Notes: generated from the sequence alone by a model not told the origin. A stretch of DNA of 64,000 nucleotides from an uncultured Planctomycetia bacterium (GCA_964402785.1 CAYODQ010000003.1:9034-73033), one strand, 5' to 3'; numbered from the stretch's first letter, positions 9,245-18,919 are shown. Numbers and translations are program-made.

Positions 9245-11899
9245 TTAGTACCTTATCTTAACCATCGCCGTGCCATTGTGGCCGGTGAAGTCTTCTTTGA
9301 CTTCAAAATCGTAGTTGAGATGGACTGAGACATTGCTTTGATTATAGATCTCAAGGCCCACACCAAGGTCAACGCCATGCTGGGATGGCTTAAGACCTTT
9401 GGTATCAAAGCTTGCTCCTCCGCCTTGGAAAGAGGCGGTCGTTTGGGCGCGATCTCCGACAAAGTCATAGAGGTATTTGGCATAAACGACGGGTATCAGT
9501 TTGCCCCAGTCTTGGACAGACGCCCAAGAAAACTTCGCCCCGAGGGCAGATTGCAATAAGTCATAGTTTGCTTTTTTAACGTTTAGGTTAAAAGCGCCCG
9601 CCCCATCTTCTGTATAACCCTCAATACGGGTATGAACATAATGAAGCGAAGCCGTGGGAGTACAGGTGTATCCCTCCCTCTGAGGCATGGGATAGCCAAA
9701 ACCCACAAATCCAGAGTACTGCTGACCGTCATAATCAGCTTCGGCAATGCGGGAGGTGCTTACACCGTCGAATGTGATATGTCTCACGCCTTTATATTCA
9801 TTCCAACCAAAACCAAGGGAAGTATCCATATACCAAGGCTCGGGGTTATATCGGGCATAAAGAGTGCCTTGATAGTTCTGGATGTCGGTTTGATCGTTTG
9901 AGGCGTCTGCATCCACATCAGCCACACCCCATCCTCCGGCTAACCCCATGCGGAGATTCTCTTGAGAGAGCCCATCAAAACCAAGTAGGGTTCCTGCTAC
10001 CTGAGCATCATAACCTTGGACATTTTTTCTTTTGTCTTGTTCTAAGAAACTTCCATAACCTTTGAACCAAACATAGTTTTCCTGAGGCATATCGCCGGAC
10101 GAAACACCCGTTTGGGTTGACAGCTCATCCAGATGACTATTCAAGGCATCCACCTGGCCAAGAACCATGCTTTGACCCGCTGCCACGATGCCTGAGTCGA
10201 CTTGGGGATCGAGTGACTCGACTGCCTTCTCAAGAAGGGCTGGGTTCGTGATGGCTTGTATGTTATTGATCCCAGTGGTGAGGTCTTGATTAGCGGCACC
10301 TGAACTTAAAGCTTGAAGCGCCGCATCATAAGCAGATTGTCCTGGGCCGCTTGAGCCGATTGGCACTGGGGCAATAGCGGTCAAGCGCAGATCACCCGGG
10401 GTCGGTTCGCTGATCGTGAAAGAAACCGTTGAGCTATCGTCCGTGATCGTCGGAAGACCCGTGATATTGTCTACCGTGGAGGTGACGATATCAAAGGTTT
10501 GACCGTTTGAGATAGCCCCACTCACCGTGATATGAAACGTATTGGTGGCATTGATCGTCGCGGTTCCTGTGGCGCCATCCGATAAGACCTTACCAAAAAC
10601 CGAAGCGCTATTGATAGTGAGCCTAAAGTTACCTCCCGAGGCCAAAGTAAAAATGCCTGCATTAGCCCCATTTAAATCAATGGTGTTCGCGCCAATATCG
10701 AGGGTAGATAGATTGTTGTTTTGTATTAATGCATTGGCGAATACATTTCCACCCAATGTAGCTGTTTCTGCGACACCTGAAACGTTATTAATGCCAACAG
10801 ATGTTATGTAATTGGCATTAGTTCCGATCGTGCCATTAACGGTAGATGTTCCTTGGAGATCAACTTGCCCGGCGTTAGCCACGGTAGTCGTAATAGATCC
10901 AAAAAGGGATGCATTGTCCCTTAATCTAAACGCACCATTGGACACATCAACAATTCCCGTGTTAAAAGCGCTGCTTCCAAAATTCCCAGATAAATTCAAA
11001 GTACCACTCCCCGATACTGTGAGCTGATCGGTAAAAACGGCGCCTGTGATTTCAGGACCACCCGCCAATACATTAATAGCTGCCAAGGCAGCCGATGCGC
11101 TGCCGACATTACCCGTAATGGTGGAATTGCCTCCTTCTAAGGTTAACGTGCCCGTGCTGTCGGTGTTGGTGCTGATAGCCGCTGTAATGTTTTCGTTGGC
11201 ATCCAGACTGATGGTACCGTTTCCGGCAAAGATAACGGATGTGCCCGTAATGCTATCTGAATTAATCGTGCCTGTGCCAGTCACCGTTAGTGTGTTGGCA
11301 AATACATCTCCATTAAAAGTCGAGGCCGATCCATTGGCTCCAACATTGATGGCTCCTAACCTGGATCCGGCCGCGGAGGCTCCGACATTACCGGATATCG
11401 TGGAAGATCCTTGAAGAGTCAATGTTCCAGTGTTTGAAACCGAAGTATTCGAGATAGAGGTGGCGGCCGTTGTTGTGATATTAGCGCCTGATTCAAGGAT
11501 TAGGCTTTGATTTGCTGATTTGAATTCAAAGTCTCCATCCAGGAAGGCGTTGGCGCTCAAGGTAAGATCAGTGCCTGAAATCGTAATATCCACATCATTG
11601 ATACTGTCCGCGGCGGCTGTGCCGATGGTACCAGAGATATCGCTATCCACAATGACCAATATTTTTCCAAAGTTATTGGTGCCAGGGTTAAAAGAGACCC
11701 CCGCCGTATTCCCTATAGAGGCGTCATCATCAATAATAAGAGTATTGTTGGTGGTAAAAAGCACACCTTCGGCTACGCAGCTGGCCCCGCAGGCGGCATC
11801 GACACCATTCACGTCCTGAGGAGCGGCCAGTAAAACGGATGATGATAGAAGCTGAAAGGCGAATAAAATCGATAGAGAAAAATAAATTTTTTTGTGCAT
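9245..11899 (-). CDS. Autotransporter (type Va): signal peptide, repetitive beta-helical passenger, C-terminal 12-strand beta-barrel
   Basis: 884 aa. The passenger is rich in T/S/G/N repeats (GTLTLQG, ITGNVG). The C-terminus ...HLNYDFEVKEDFTGHNGTAMVKIRY ends on an aromatic residue, as outer-membrane barrels do. Confidence 0.8.
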   Translation of the reverse strand: MHKKIYFSLSILFAFQLLSSSVLLAAPQDVNGVDAACGASCVAEGVLFTTNNTLIIDDDASIGNTAGVSFNPGTNNFGKILVIVDSDISGTIGTAAADSINDVDITISGTDLTLSANAFLDGDFEFKSANQSLILESGANITTTAATSISNTSVSNTGTLTLQGSSTISGNVGASAAGSRLGAINVGANGSASTFNGDVFANTLTVTGTGTINSDSITGTSVIFAGNGTISLDANENITAAISTNTDSTGTLTLEGGNSTITGNVGSASAALAAINVLAGGPEITGAVFTDQLTVSGSGTLNLSGNFGSSAFNTGIVDVSNGAFRLRDNASLFGSITTTVANAGQVDLQGTSTVNGTIGTNANYITSVGINNVSGVAETATLGGNVFANALIQNNNLSTLDIGANTIDLNGANAGIFTLASGGNFRLTINSASVFGKVLSDGATGTATINATNTFHITVSGAISNGQTFDIVTSTVDNITGLPTITDDSSTVSFTISEPTPGDLRLTAIAPVPIGSSGPGQSAYDAALQALSSGAANQDLTTGINNIQAITNPALLEKAVESLDPQVDSGIVAAGQSMVLGQVDALNSHLDELSTQTGVSSGDMPQENYVWFKGYGSFLEQDKRKNVQGYDAQVAGTLLGFDGLSQENLRMGLAGGWGVADVDADASNDQTDIQNYQGTLYARYNPEPWYMDTSLGFGWNEYKGVRHITFDGVSTSRIAEADYDGQQYSGFVGFGYPMPQREGYTCTPTASLHYVHTRIEGYTEDGAGAFNLNVKKANYDLLQSALGAKFSWASVQDWGKLIPVVYAKYLYDFVGDRAQTTASFQGGGASFDTKGLKPSQHGVDLGVGLEIYNQSNVSVHLNYDFEVKEDFTGHNGTAMVKIRY

Positions 11900-12054
11900 A
11901 GGTTTTTGTCGGCTCCCTTTTTGAGCTTGATTTTAGGGTGCGGCGTGAGGCGATGACTTGGAGGAAAACGCATAAACTTTGCCAAAAACGAACTCAATGG
12001 CTTTTTTTGGCCTATTTGGTTCGCTTTAAATGAGACTCTCATGGATAATGGCAA

Positions 12055-13041
12055 TTGATGGATCTCATTCTCAGCACCGGTCAATACCGGCAAAAGGACC
12101 GCTTTGAAGCATGGCGTGAAGATTTTTGCAAACGCCTGGTAGGTTTGGATATTCGTTGTCCAGACCAAAAATTATTTGAAGCCAAAGTACGCGTGATCCC
12201 CTTAAGCCAAATTTGTCTAACAGTTGGACAAATAAACGAAACCATAAATCTTCTACGCACCAAAAAACTCATGACGGATGGCAACGATCATCTAACCCTT
12301 ATGATTTTAAAACATGGAAAGAACATGATGATTGATCAGGTCGGAAAAACCGGTGTAGCCCAGCGGGGAGGAGCGCTTATTGTTGATAATGGCCGCTCCG
12401 GGTCGCTCACCGTCTCACGCTCGGACCAAAAAAACCTCCCCAATGGAAGTCCAATCCATAATTCCTGCATCTACAGCCTGGCATTCAATAGAAATTTTGC
12501 GAGCCAATTTGCTGATCCTGGCCTGCTTACGGCCCGCGAGTTCCATCAAGACTCCCGAATTTATCCGCTTTTGGTTGGTTATATAGAGAGTTTTCTATCC
12601 TCTTTTTCTCTCAAAGATCCGCAGTCGCTCAAGGTCGTGGAAAATCATCTCGTAGATCTTTTGATGTTGATGTTAAAACCCAACCCCAAAAAATCGGAAC
12701 TAGCCCAATCCCTTGGACTACGCGCGGCCAGAGCCAACGAGATCATGCAAGCGGTCAACCGAGATTATTCGACATCCGACATCAGCGGAAAAAAAATCGC
12801 GGAGCAAATGGGTATCAGCCAGCGTTATTTGCAGATATTGATGGAAGAATCCGGAGAGACCTTTTCCAGGTATTTGCTAAAAATTCGCCTGGAAAAAGTT
12901 AGATCCATGCTGCAAAACCCGGAGCTTGGAAATGCTTCCATCAGCGATATCGCTTTTTTGTGCGGGTTTAACGATCTGTCGGCTTTTAACCGAGCGTTTA
13001 AAAGAAAATACGGACTGACTCCCAGAGACTTGCGGGGTTAA
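12055..13041 (+). CDS. AraC-family transcriptional regulator
   Basis: C-terminal dual HTH (...IAFLCGFNDLSAFNRAFKRKYGLTPRDLR). It sits divergent from the autotransporter gene. Confidence 0.8.
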   Translation: MMDLILSTGQYRQKDRFEAWREDFCKRLVGLDIRCPDQKLFEAKVRVIPLSQICLTVGQINETINLLRTKKLMTDGNDHLTLMILKHGKNMMIDQVGKTGVAQRGGALIVDNGRSGSLTVSRSDQKNLPNGSPIHNSCIYSLAFNRNFASQFADPGLLTAREFHQDSRIYPLLVGYIESFLSSFSLKDPQSLKVVENHLVDLLMLMLKPNPKKSELAQSLGLRAARANEIMQAVNRDYSTSDISGKKIAEQMGISQRYLQILMEESGETFSRYLLKIRLEKVRSMLQNPELGNASISDIAFLCGFNDLSAFNRAFKRKYGLTPRDLRG

Positions 13042-13436
13042 TAAAACCGAACCACATCTGGAGGAGACACGCTGGCTCAGTGAATTCATTATTACTCCAC
13101 CCAGTTTCGGATATATGCGCTATAATACCCACCTTATGCATATCCCAATTGCTTTACTCATAGCGCTTTTAATGTGCGGGTGTTCGACGATGATCGATAA
13201 GGATACGAAGCTGTCGCTCAAAGGGCCCAAGGCAGAGGTTTCTCGAACCTTTTAGCACACCCAAGCTCTGCTCTCGCACTTCCTTCCGTTAACCAATATC
13301 CAAATTCCAGATAATTTTTGAACGAAAACGACCCCCCTCGGTGTCTTGTATAGCAAAAGGGGGTTGTTGCAATGGCAATTCAATTTGAAAATACAGCTTA
13401 TATGCTGTATACTCGATTTAGAGTCGGGGCTCGTCA

Positions 13437-13793
13437 GTGTTTACGCTGATCGCGTACAAGGATCGCGAAGGCCGATCCCCGTTGAGAGAATATACCGAGG
13501 ATCTGCCTCGCAACCAGAAAGCCAAAATATTGGCTTATCTGGCGGTGCTCGAAGAATTTGGTTTCAGCCTTAGAAGACCCATGGCGGATAGCTTGGGAAG
13601 CAAACTTGGGCTATATGAATTAAGGCCAGGTAGGCACAGGATCCTGTATTTCTTTTATGATAGGGATACGATCGTTTTATTGCATGCATTTTTAAAACAA
13701 ACAGATGCCATTCCGCAGAGGGAACTGATTATCGCCTTGAATAGGAAGGCGGATTATTTAAAAAGAAAGGTCTCGCATGAAATCGACTGGTGA
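13437..13793 (+). CDS. Type II toxin, RelE/HigB superfamily (phage Gp49-like/DUF891)
   Basis: 118 aa, FTLIAYKDREGRSPLREYTEDLP...LGSKLGLYELRPGRHRILYFFYDRDTIVLLHAF, followed immediately by an XRE antitoxin. The listed start is a GTG. Confidence 0.7.
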   Translation: MFTLIAYKDREGRSPLREYTEDLPRNQKAKILAYLAVLEEFGFSLRRPMADSLGSKLGLYELRPGRHRILYFFYDRDTIVLLHAFLKQTDAIPQRELIIALNRKADYLKRKVSHEIDW

Positions 13794-14097
13794 AAGCTAC
13801 GAGGAGTTTAGAAAAAAAATAATAGGCGGGGACAAAAAATTGGAGGCTCAGATTCAGCTTGAGACCTCTAAACTTGAACTTTTGATGCATCTCGTCGAGT
13901 ACCGAGAAAAAAAAGGCCTGACTCAGAAGCAGTTGGCGGACAAGCTCGGAGTTAAACAACAGGTCGTCGCCCGGATCGAGAATGGCTCCAACATCACGCT
14001 TGAGACGCTCATCAAATTCCTCGCCGTGCTGGGTATCGTATTTAAAGTCGAAGCTGTCCCCCGTAAGCGCCGCGAGCAAATTTTGCAGTTTGTTTGA
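13777..14097 (+). CDS. XRE-family HTH antitoxin (HigA-like)
   Basis: HTH LTQKQLADKLGVKQQVVARIENG. It overlaps the end of the upstream toxin gene, in hig order. Confidence 0.7.
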   Translation: MKSTGESYEEFRKKIIGGDKKLEAQIQLETSKLELLMHLVEYREKKGLTQKQLADKLGVKQQVVARIENGSNITLETLIKFLAVLGIVFKVEAVPRKRREQILQFV

Positions 14098-14146
14098 TCC
14101 CTCTGCATCTTGAATTATAATGTACATTAATGTACACTTATGTACA
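14094..14146 (+). promoter_or_regulatory. Promoter (-35 ttgatc, 16-bp spacer, -10 tataat) with three TGTACA operator hexamers at 10-bp phasing
   Basis: The tataat lies at 14116..14121. TGTACA lies at 14121, 14131 and 14141, directly upstream of the Phd/YefM-VapC pair. Confidence 0.6.
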
Positions 14147-14158
14147 TAGGAGATATCT

Positions 14159-14389
14159 ATGACCAAGACGACTTTTACGGAACTGAGAAAACACGCGAAG
14201 TCATATTTTGATTCTGTGGAAAATGGCGAGACCATACAAGTCCTCCGGCACGGCAAAGTGATCGCGGAGATCGTGCCTCCCCATGAAAGCCGGGATCTTA
14301 AGCCTTGGAAAAAACCAGGCCTTAAACTGAGGCTTTCGGGGGTCTCGGGCAGTAAAATGATCATCAAAGAACGCGAGGATCGCTTTTGA
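14159..14389 (+). CDS. Phd/YefM-family antitoxin
   Basis: N-terminal ...FTELRKHAKSYFDSVENGETIQVLRHGKVIAEIVP is typical of Phd/YefM. It overlaps the downstream PIN gene by 4 nt. Confidence 0.75.
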   Translation: MTKTTFTELRKHAKSYFDSVENGETIQVLRHGKVIAEIVPPHESRDLKPWKKPGLKLRLSGVSGSKMIIKEREDRF

Positions 14390-14799
14390 AGTTTTATTTC
14401 GATTCATCGGCGCTGTTCAAAAGGTATGTTTTTGAAAAGGGCAGCGATGTTGTAGATAAGCTTTTTTTGGAAGCGGATTCTATCGCGGTGAGCGCCATAG
14501 CTTTACCTGAGATCATATCCACATTGTGTAGACTGCGCAGAGAAAGGAAGCTGAGTTCCGCGCAATACGCTCGGTGCAAGCAAGCGGTCATCGATGATTT
14601 TGCCGGGTTTGATATCTATCCTCTTACTCCCGAGATCATAAGATCTTCTATGGATATTTTGGAGGCTAGCGATCTGCGCTCCGCCGATGCTATCCATGTC
14701 GCCTGCGCCATCGAAGCCAGATCCGCTCGATTCATCTCGAGCGATGCTAGGCAGATCCAAACGGCCAAAGAATTGCATCTAAAAGTAGAGTCCGTATGA
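14386..14799 (+). CDS. vapC: VapC-type PIN-domain toxin
   Basis: PIN signature: D near the N-terminus (FDSSAL), an internal ...DAIHVACAIE... and ISSD. The start overlaps the antitoxin stop. Confidence 0.75.
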   Translation: MKFYFDSSALFKRYVFEKGSDVVDKLFLEADSIAVSAIALPEIISTLCRLRRERKLSSAQYARCKQAVIDDFAGFDIYPLTPEIIRSSMDILEASDLRSADAIHVACAIEARSARFISSDARQIQTAKELHLKVESV

Positions 14800-14827
14800 C
14801 CCTCTGGATAAAAAAGAAAGGCTTATC

Positions 14828-15163
14828 ATGACATTCGTCATCAAGATACTTCTCTCATCCATCATCATTTCTTACACCTCGTGGCTTGCGGGCAAGAAGC
14901 CAATGCTTGCGGGTCTTATCATCGCGCTTCCGCTTACGTCTATGCTGAGTATCTTGTTTTCGTATTCCGAGTTCAAAGATATGAACAAGATCGCGGAGTT
15001 TTCAAAGTCTATTTTTATCCTGGTGCCGCTGTCTCTGGCTTTTTTCGTCCCCTTCGTCTGCCAGCCATGGCTCAAGACAAATTTTGCGGTGACCTATCTT
15101 TTGGGTATCACCCTGCTTGTATTGGCCTATGGGGTATTTCGCCTTCTTGGCGGAGTGATATGA
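14828..15163 (+). CDS. Small 4-TM membrane protein, translationally coupled to the P-type ATPase
   Basis: Hydrophobic 111 aa. Its stop TGA (15161..15163) overlaps the ATPase ATG (15160) as ATGA. Confidence 0.55.
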   Translation: MTFVIKILLSSIIISYTSWLAGKKPMLAGLIIALPLTSMLSILFSYSEFKDMNKIAEFSKSIFILVPLSLAFFVPFVCQPWLKTNFAVTYLLGITLLVLAYGVFRLLGGVI

Positions 15164-17820
15164 GCGATTGGCATCAACAGCAGACCGCAGAAGTTCTGGC
15201 AAAATTAAATAGCAGTCCGGCAGGCATTAGCTCCAATGAAGCTGCCGGACGCCAAGCTTTATATGGACTCAACCAACTCGTCGACCGTGGTTCAAAAAAC
15301 CCCTGGCTTATCGCGTGGGAGCAACTTACCGGAGCCATGATGATCATCTTGATCGCCGCGGCTGTTATCTCGGTGATCTTGGGGGACTTTAAGGACGCGG
15401 TGGTCATCGTCGTCATCGTCGTCCTGAATGCTGCTTTGGGTTTTAGCCAGGAATATCGCGCTGAAAAAGCCATGGCAGCGCTCAAGAAGCTAGCCGTACC
15501 CCGAGTCAAGGTTCGGCGCGATACGCAGATCGCAGAAATTTCCGCTCTAGAGTTGGTGGCGGGAGATATTGTTCTATTGGAAGCGGGCAACATTGTGCCC
15601 GCAGATTGCCGTTTCATCGAGACCATCGATTTAAAGATACAAGAATCAACGCTCACCGGCGAGTCGGACGCGGTCGAAAAAACCACCGGAGCGCTTGCCG
15701 GAGCCGATCTACCTTTGGGAGATCGTAAAAACATGGGCTACATGGGAACTTTGGTCACTTATGGCCGCGGAACGGGGATCGTCGTCGAAACCGGGATGCG
15801 CACCGAGCTTGGCCGTATTGCGGAGATGATCCAAACAGTCCAGACAGAGCTGACGCCGATGCAAAAACGCATGGAGCAATTGGGACGCGGGCTAGCACTA
15901 GCCGCCATCGGCATCGTGGTGGTGATATTTTTTGCGGGACTTCTGCGCGGTGAAAGCCTAAAGCTTATGTTCATGACGGCGATCAGCATGGCCGTTGCCG
16001 TGGTCCCGGAGGGTTTACCGGCCGTCATGACGGTGTCGCTGGCTTTTGGCGCTCAGCGGATGTTTAGGAGACATGCACTCATCCGTAAACTTCCAGCCGT
16101 CGAAACACTTGGCTCCATTACCGTGATCTGCTCAGACAAGACAGGCACACTCACTCAAAACAAGATGACGGTCACGGTGCTGGATGTTGCCGGACATCGG
16201 ATGGATCTGGCACCCACAGGCCAATGGCCTCAACTTCCCGCCGACAAAGCACATGATCTTAATTTGTTATTGGCGGCAAGTGCCTTGTGCAATGACGCGG
16301 ATCCGAACTCAGGCCACGGGGATCCCACTGAAGTGGCGCTGGTATCCGCTGCTGCATTATTGCAATTACAAAAAACAGACCTAGAAAAAATACTTCCCAG
16401 AGTCGGTGAAAAACCGTTCGACTCGAACCGCAAACGGATGACGACCGTCCATCAAATAGTGGCGCCGGCACTTTGGATTCCTGAGCTTGGCTCGGTTTCT
16501 TATCTATCCTTCACAAAAGGTTCGGTTGAAGGTTTATTGGCGAGCTCGACGCAAGTCTGGCATGCTCGAAAAGCATATGCGCTGGATAAAGCTTGGCAGG
16601 ATCGGATCACCAAAGCGCATGATGAGTTGGCTGATCGAGGTATGCGGATCTTGGGTGTGGCCTTCAAGCCATTACGATCTATTCCTGCTAAGGAGAAAAT
16701 GGATCAACTCGAAACGGAGCTTATTTTTCTGGGTATGGTGGGCATCATGGATCCGCCAAGAGTAGAAGTAAAACAAGCCGTGCAAGAATGCAAGTCGGCT
16801 GGCATACGGCCCGTCATGATCACCGGTGATCACCCGCTGACAGCCAAACACATCGCGCGCGAGCTGGGTATCTCGGCTAAAGGCCGCGTCCTCACCGGGC
16901 AAGAGTTGACGAGTCTATCGGTAGCCGAGCTAGAATCCATCTGTGATGAGATCCAGATCTATGCCCGCGTGTCACCCGAACACAAACTAAAGATCATCGA
17001 GGCCCTTCAGCATCGCGGCCACATCGTTGCCATGACAGGCGACGGCGTCAATGATGCTCCGGCCTTACGAAAAGCAAATATTGGAATTGCGATGGGCATC
17101 ACCGGAACGGATGTGTCCAAAGAAGCCTGTGACATGGTGCTCTTGGATGATAATTTTGCGAGTATTGTGGCCGCAGTCAAAGAAGGCCGTGTGATCTATG
17201 ACAATATCCGCAAATTCATCAGGTATCTTCTGACCACCAATAGCGGAGAACTGCTCGTTATGTTTGCGGCACCCATTTTCGGGATGCCTCTGCCCCTCCT
17301 GCCCATCCAAATCTTGTGGGTCAATTTGGTGTCCGATGGCATCCCAGCGCTGGCACTGAGCGTGGAGCCGGCCGAGACCGATGTCATGCGCCGTATGCCG
17401 TTCAAACCGGATGAGAATATATTCGGTCGAGGGCTTGGACGGCACATCGTATGGGTCGGCTTACTCATGGGGACAGTCTGCCTCGGAACAGGTTATGTTT
17501 ATTGGCGAGCCGGAAATCCCGCATGGCAGACGATCATATTTACCATGTTGTGCCTCTCCCAGTTGGGCCATGTCATGGCGATTCGCTCCGAACGAAGATC
17601 ACTTTTTCAAATGGGACTATTCTCGAACAAACCTCTTTTGGTGTCCGTTCTATTCACATTCGCCTTGCAGTTAGCGATCATCTACTCCCCATTTTTCCAA
17701 ACCTTGTTCAAGATCGTTCCTCTATCGTGGAAAGACTTGATGCTCTGCGTAGGTGTAAGTACGATCATTTTTATCGCTGTCGAGATTGAGAAATGGCTAC
17801 TAAGGCGAAAGTTGGTTTAG
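15160..17820 (+). CDS. P-type cation-transporting ATPase (P2-type, Ca2+/Mg2+-like)
   Basis: DKTGTLT phosphorylation motif, [11 protein letters not shown] hinge and TGES. The start was chosen at MSDWHQQQ rather than the N-terminal extension at 14881. Confidence 0.85.
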   Translation: MSDWHQQQTAEVLAKLNSSPAGISSNEAAGRQALYGLNQLVDRGSKNPWLIAWEQLTGAMMIILIAAAVISVILGDFKDAVVIVVIVVLNAALGFSQEYRAEKAMAALKKLAVPRVKVRRDTQIAEISALELVAGDIVLLEAGNIVPADCRFIETIDLKIQESTLTGESDAVEKTTGALAGADLPLGDRKNMGYMGTLVTYGRGTGIVVETGMRTELGRIAEMIQTVQTELTPMQKRMEQLGRGLALAAIGIVVVIFFAGLLRGESLKLMFMTAISMAVAVVPEGLPAVMTVSLAFGAQRMFRRHALIRKLPAVETLGSITVICSDKTGTLTQNKMTVTVLDVAGHRMDLAPTGQWPQLPADKAHDLNLLLAASALCNDADPNSGHGDPTEVALVSAAALLQLQKTDLEKILPRVGEKPFDSNRKRMTTVHQIVAPALWIPELGSVSYLSFTKGSVEGLLASSTQVWHARKAYALDKAWQDRITKAHDELADRGMRILGVAFKPLRSIPAKEKMDQLETELIFLGMVGIMDPPRVEVKQAVQECKSAGIRPVMITGDHPLTAKHIARELGISAKGRVLTGQELTSLSVAELESICDEIQIYARVSPEHKLKIIEALQHRGHIVAMTGDGVNDAPALRKANIGIAMGITGTDVSKEACDMVLLDDNFASIVAAVKEGRVIYDNIRKFIRYLLTTNSGELLVMFAAPIFGMPLPLLPIQILWVNLVSDGIPALALSVEPAETDVMRRMPFKPDENIFGRGLGRHIVWVGLLMGTVCLGTGYVYWRAGNPAWQTIIFTMLCLSQLGHVMAIRSERRSLFQMGLFSNKPLLVSVLFTFALQLAIIYSPFFQTLFKIVPLSWKDLMLCVGVSTIIFIAVEIEKWLLRRKLV

Positions 17821-17823
17821 CGC

Positions 17824-18438
17824 TTACCCTTCGATGACGAATTTTTTGCGGTTGTAGTCCATGCGGGTGTTGTATCGCCCCAAAAAGGACATACCGAGAA
17901 GGCCGTCTTTATAGCTCGCTTCGTTGGGCGGGTCTTGCAAAAGGATCAAAGTTTCCACGTCCTTAGCTTCGATATGTTGCAGCTTCAGGCTCTTTAGCTT
18001 CGTATAAAAAGCAGGCACCGAGCTTCCGTCGGCGATCTGGACTTTGGTCTGATAATGAGGATCCGTGGTATCGATCCCGAGTTGATCCCCCATTTTTTTA
18101 GAGAGCATGCAAATGGACGCTCCCGTATCCACCAAAAGCGTAGCGGGAGTCTGTCCGTTTATGACACAGTCCGCCAACATTTGATTGTGGCCATCCACAA
18201 AGTTGATCGGGATCTCTGACGGGTCGGATTTTTTGACACGCAAGACACCGGATTTATCGATCGTCATCGTACCGCCGGTTGGAAAAGCGATCTCTAATTT
18301 GCCATCTTCGTCACTGACGATGCGGCCTTCCATTTTACGGCCATTGCTAAGATAGATCTGATCTGCCGAGGCAAAAGGGGTGATCTCCAGTGAGAGTAGC
18401 ATCATACAAATGAATAGAGAGCTCATATTCTTGAACAT
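17824..18438 (-). CDS. Secreted retropepsin-like (clan AA) aspartic protease
   Basis: Signal peptide and an LLVDTGAS active-site motif. Confidence 0.65.
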   Translation of the reverse strand: MFKNMSSLFICMMLLSLEITPFASADQIYLSNGRKMEGRIVSDEDGKLEIAFPTGGTMTIDKSGVLRVKKSDPSEIPINFVDGHNQMLADCVINGQTPATLLVDTGASICMLSKKMGDQLGIDTTDPHYQTKVQIADGSSVPAFYTKLKSLKLQHIEAKDVETLILLQDPPNEASYKDGLLGMSFLGRYNTRMDYNRKKFVIEG

Positions 18439-18577
18439 ATAAAAAGTATATATTAGTAATTAATAGTTTACAATTATTAGCATTTATTTCATTTAAACAC
18501 CCGATCGCCCTCGTGACCCATATCACATCGCCGTGGGTCATGATTTAGTACCATCAAATCACGGGGGGGTGATCGTA

Positions 18578-18736
18578 ATGCCTTACTTTATCCGCAAATC
18601 AAGAGGCCCCAGACCATATAAGATCTTCAAAACCAGCACAGGTGAGGTTGTGGGCTCGTCAGTGACGTTGAGGAACGCTCAAGCAAGTATACGCGCCCGA
18701 TACTGGGGCGAACACAGGAGGAAAAGCCATGGTTAA
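18578..18736 (+). CDS. Small basic protein (52 aa), translationally coupled to the Cys-rich peptide
   Basis: A G-rich RBS precedes the ATG at 18578 (MPYFIRKSRGPRPYKIF...). Its stop TAA overlaps the next ATG (ATGGTTAA). Its last codons encode the AGGAGG RBS of the next gene. Confidence 0.35.
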   Translation: MPYFIRKSRGPRPYKIFKTSTGEVVGSSVTLRNAQASIRARYWGEHRRKSHG

Positions 18737-18855
18737 AAAAGCGAAGAAAAAAGCGGTAAAAAAATCGCCAGCGAAATGCGGTTGCGGTAAGATATGCAAA
18801 TGCGGCAAGAATTGTAAATGTGGGCCTTCCTGTCCTTGTAAGCGGTGTCGTTGAC
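18729..18855 (+). CDS. 41-aa Lys-rich/Cys-rich peptide (metallothionein-like or RiPP-precursor-like), not in the ORF track
   Basis: Manual translation gives MVKKAKKKAVKKSPAKCGCGKICKCGKNCKCGPSCPCKRCR. An AGGAGG RBS lies 7 nt upstream. There are nine Cys in the last 25 residues. Confidence 0.6.
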
Positions 18856-18919
18856 CACATAGATCGCGACCTCAAAAAAATACTCTCTCATGCTATAATC
18901 GGGCATTCATGGAGGAAGC

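Noticed and set aside
9253-11819. Multiple 70-120-aa plus-strand ORFs inside the autotransporter gene
   Set aside because: These are antisense frames of a repeat-rich, GC-skewed gene. The minus frame is continuous for 884 aa with clear autotransporter architecture.
13729-14367. 212-aa minus-strand ORF spanning both TA modules
   Set aside because: It overlaps four well-supported plus-strand genes and has a low-complexity translation. Treated as spurious.
14881-15159. N-terminal extension of the P-type ATPase ORF (979-aa version)
   Set aside because: The extension overlaps the hydrophobic small ORF in another frame. The ATPase homology begins at MSDWHQQQ, which has an ATGA coupling junction.
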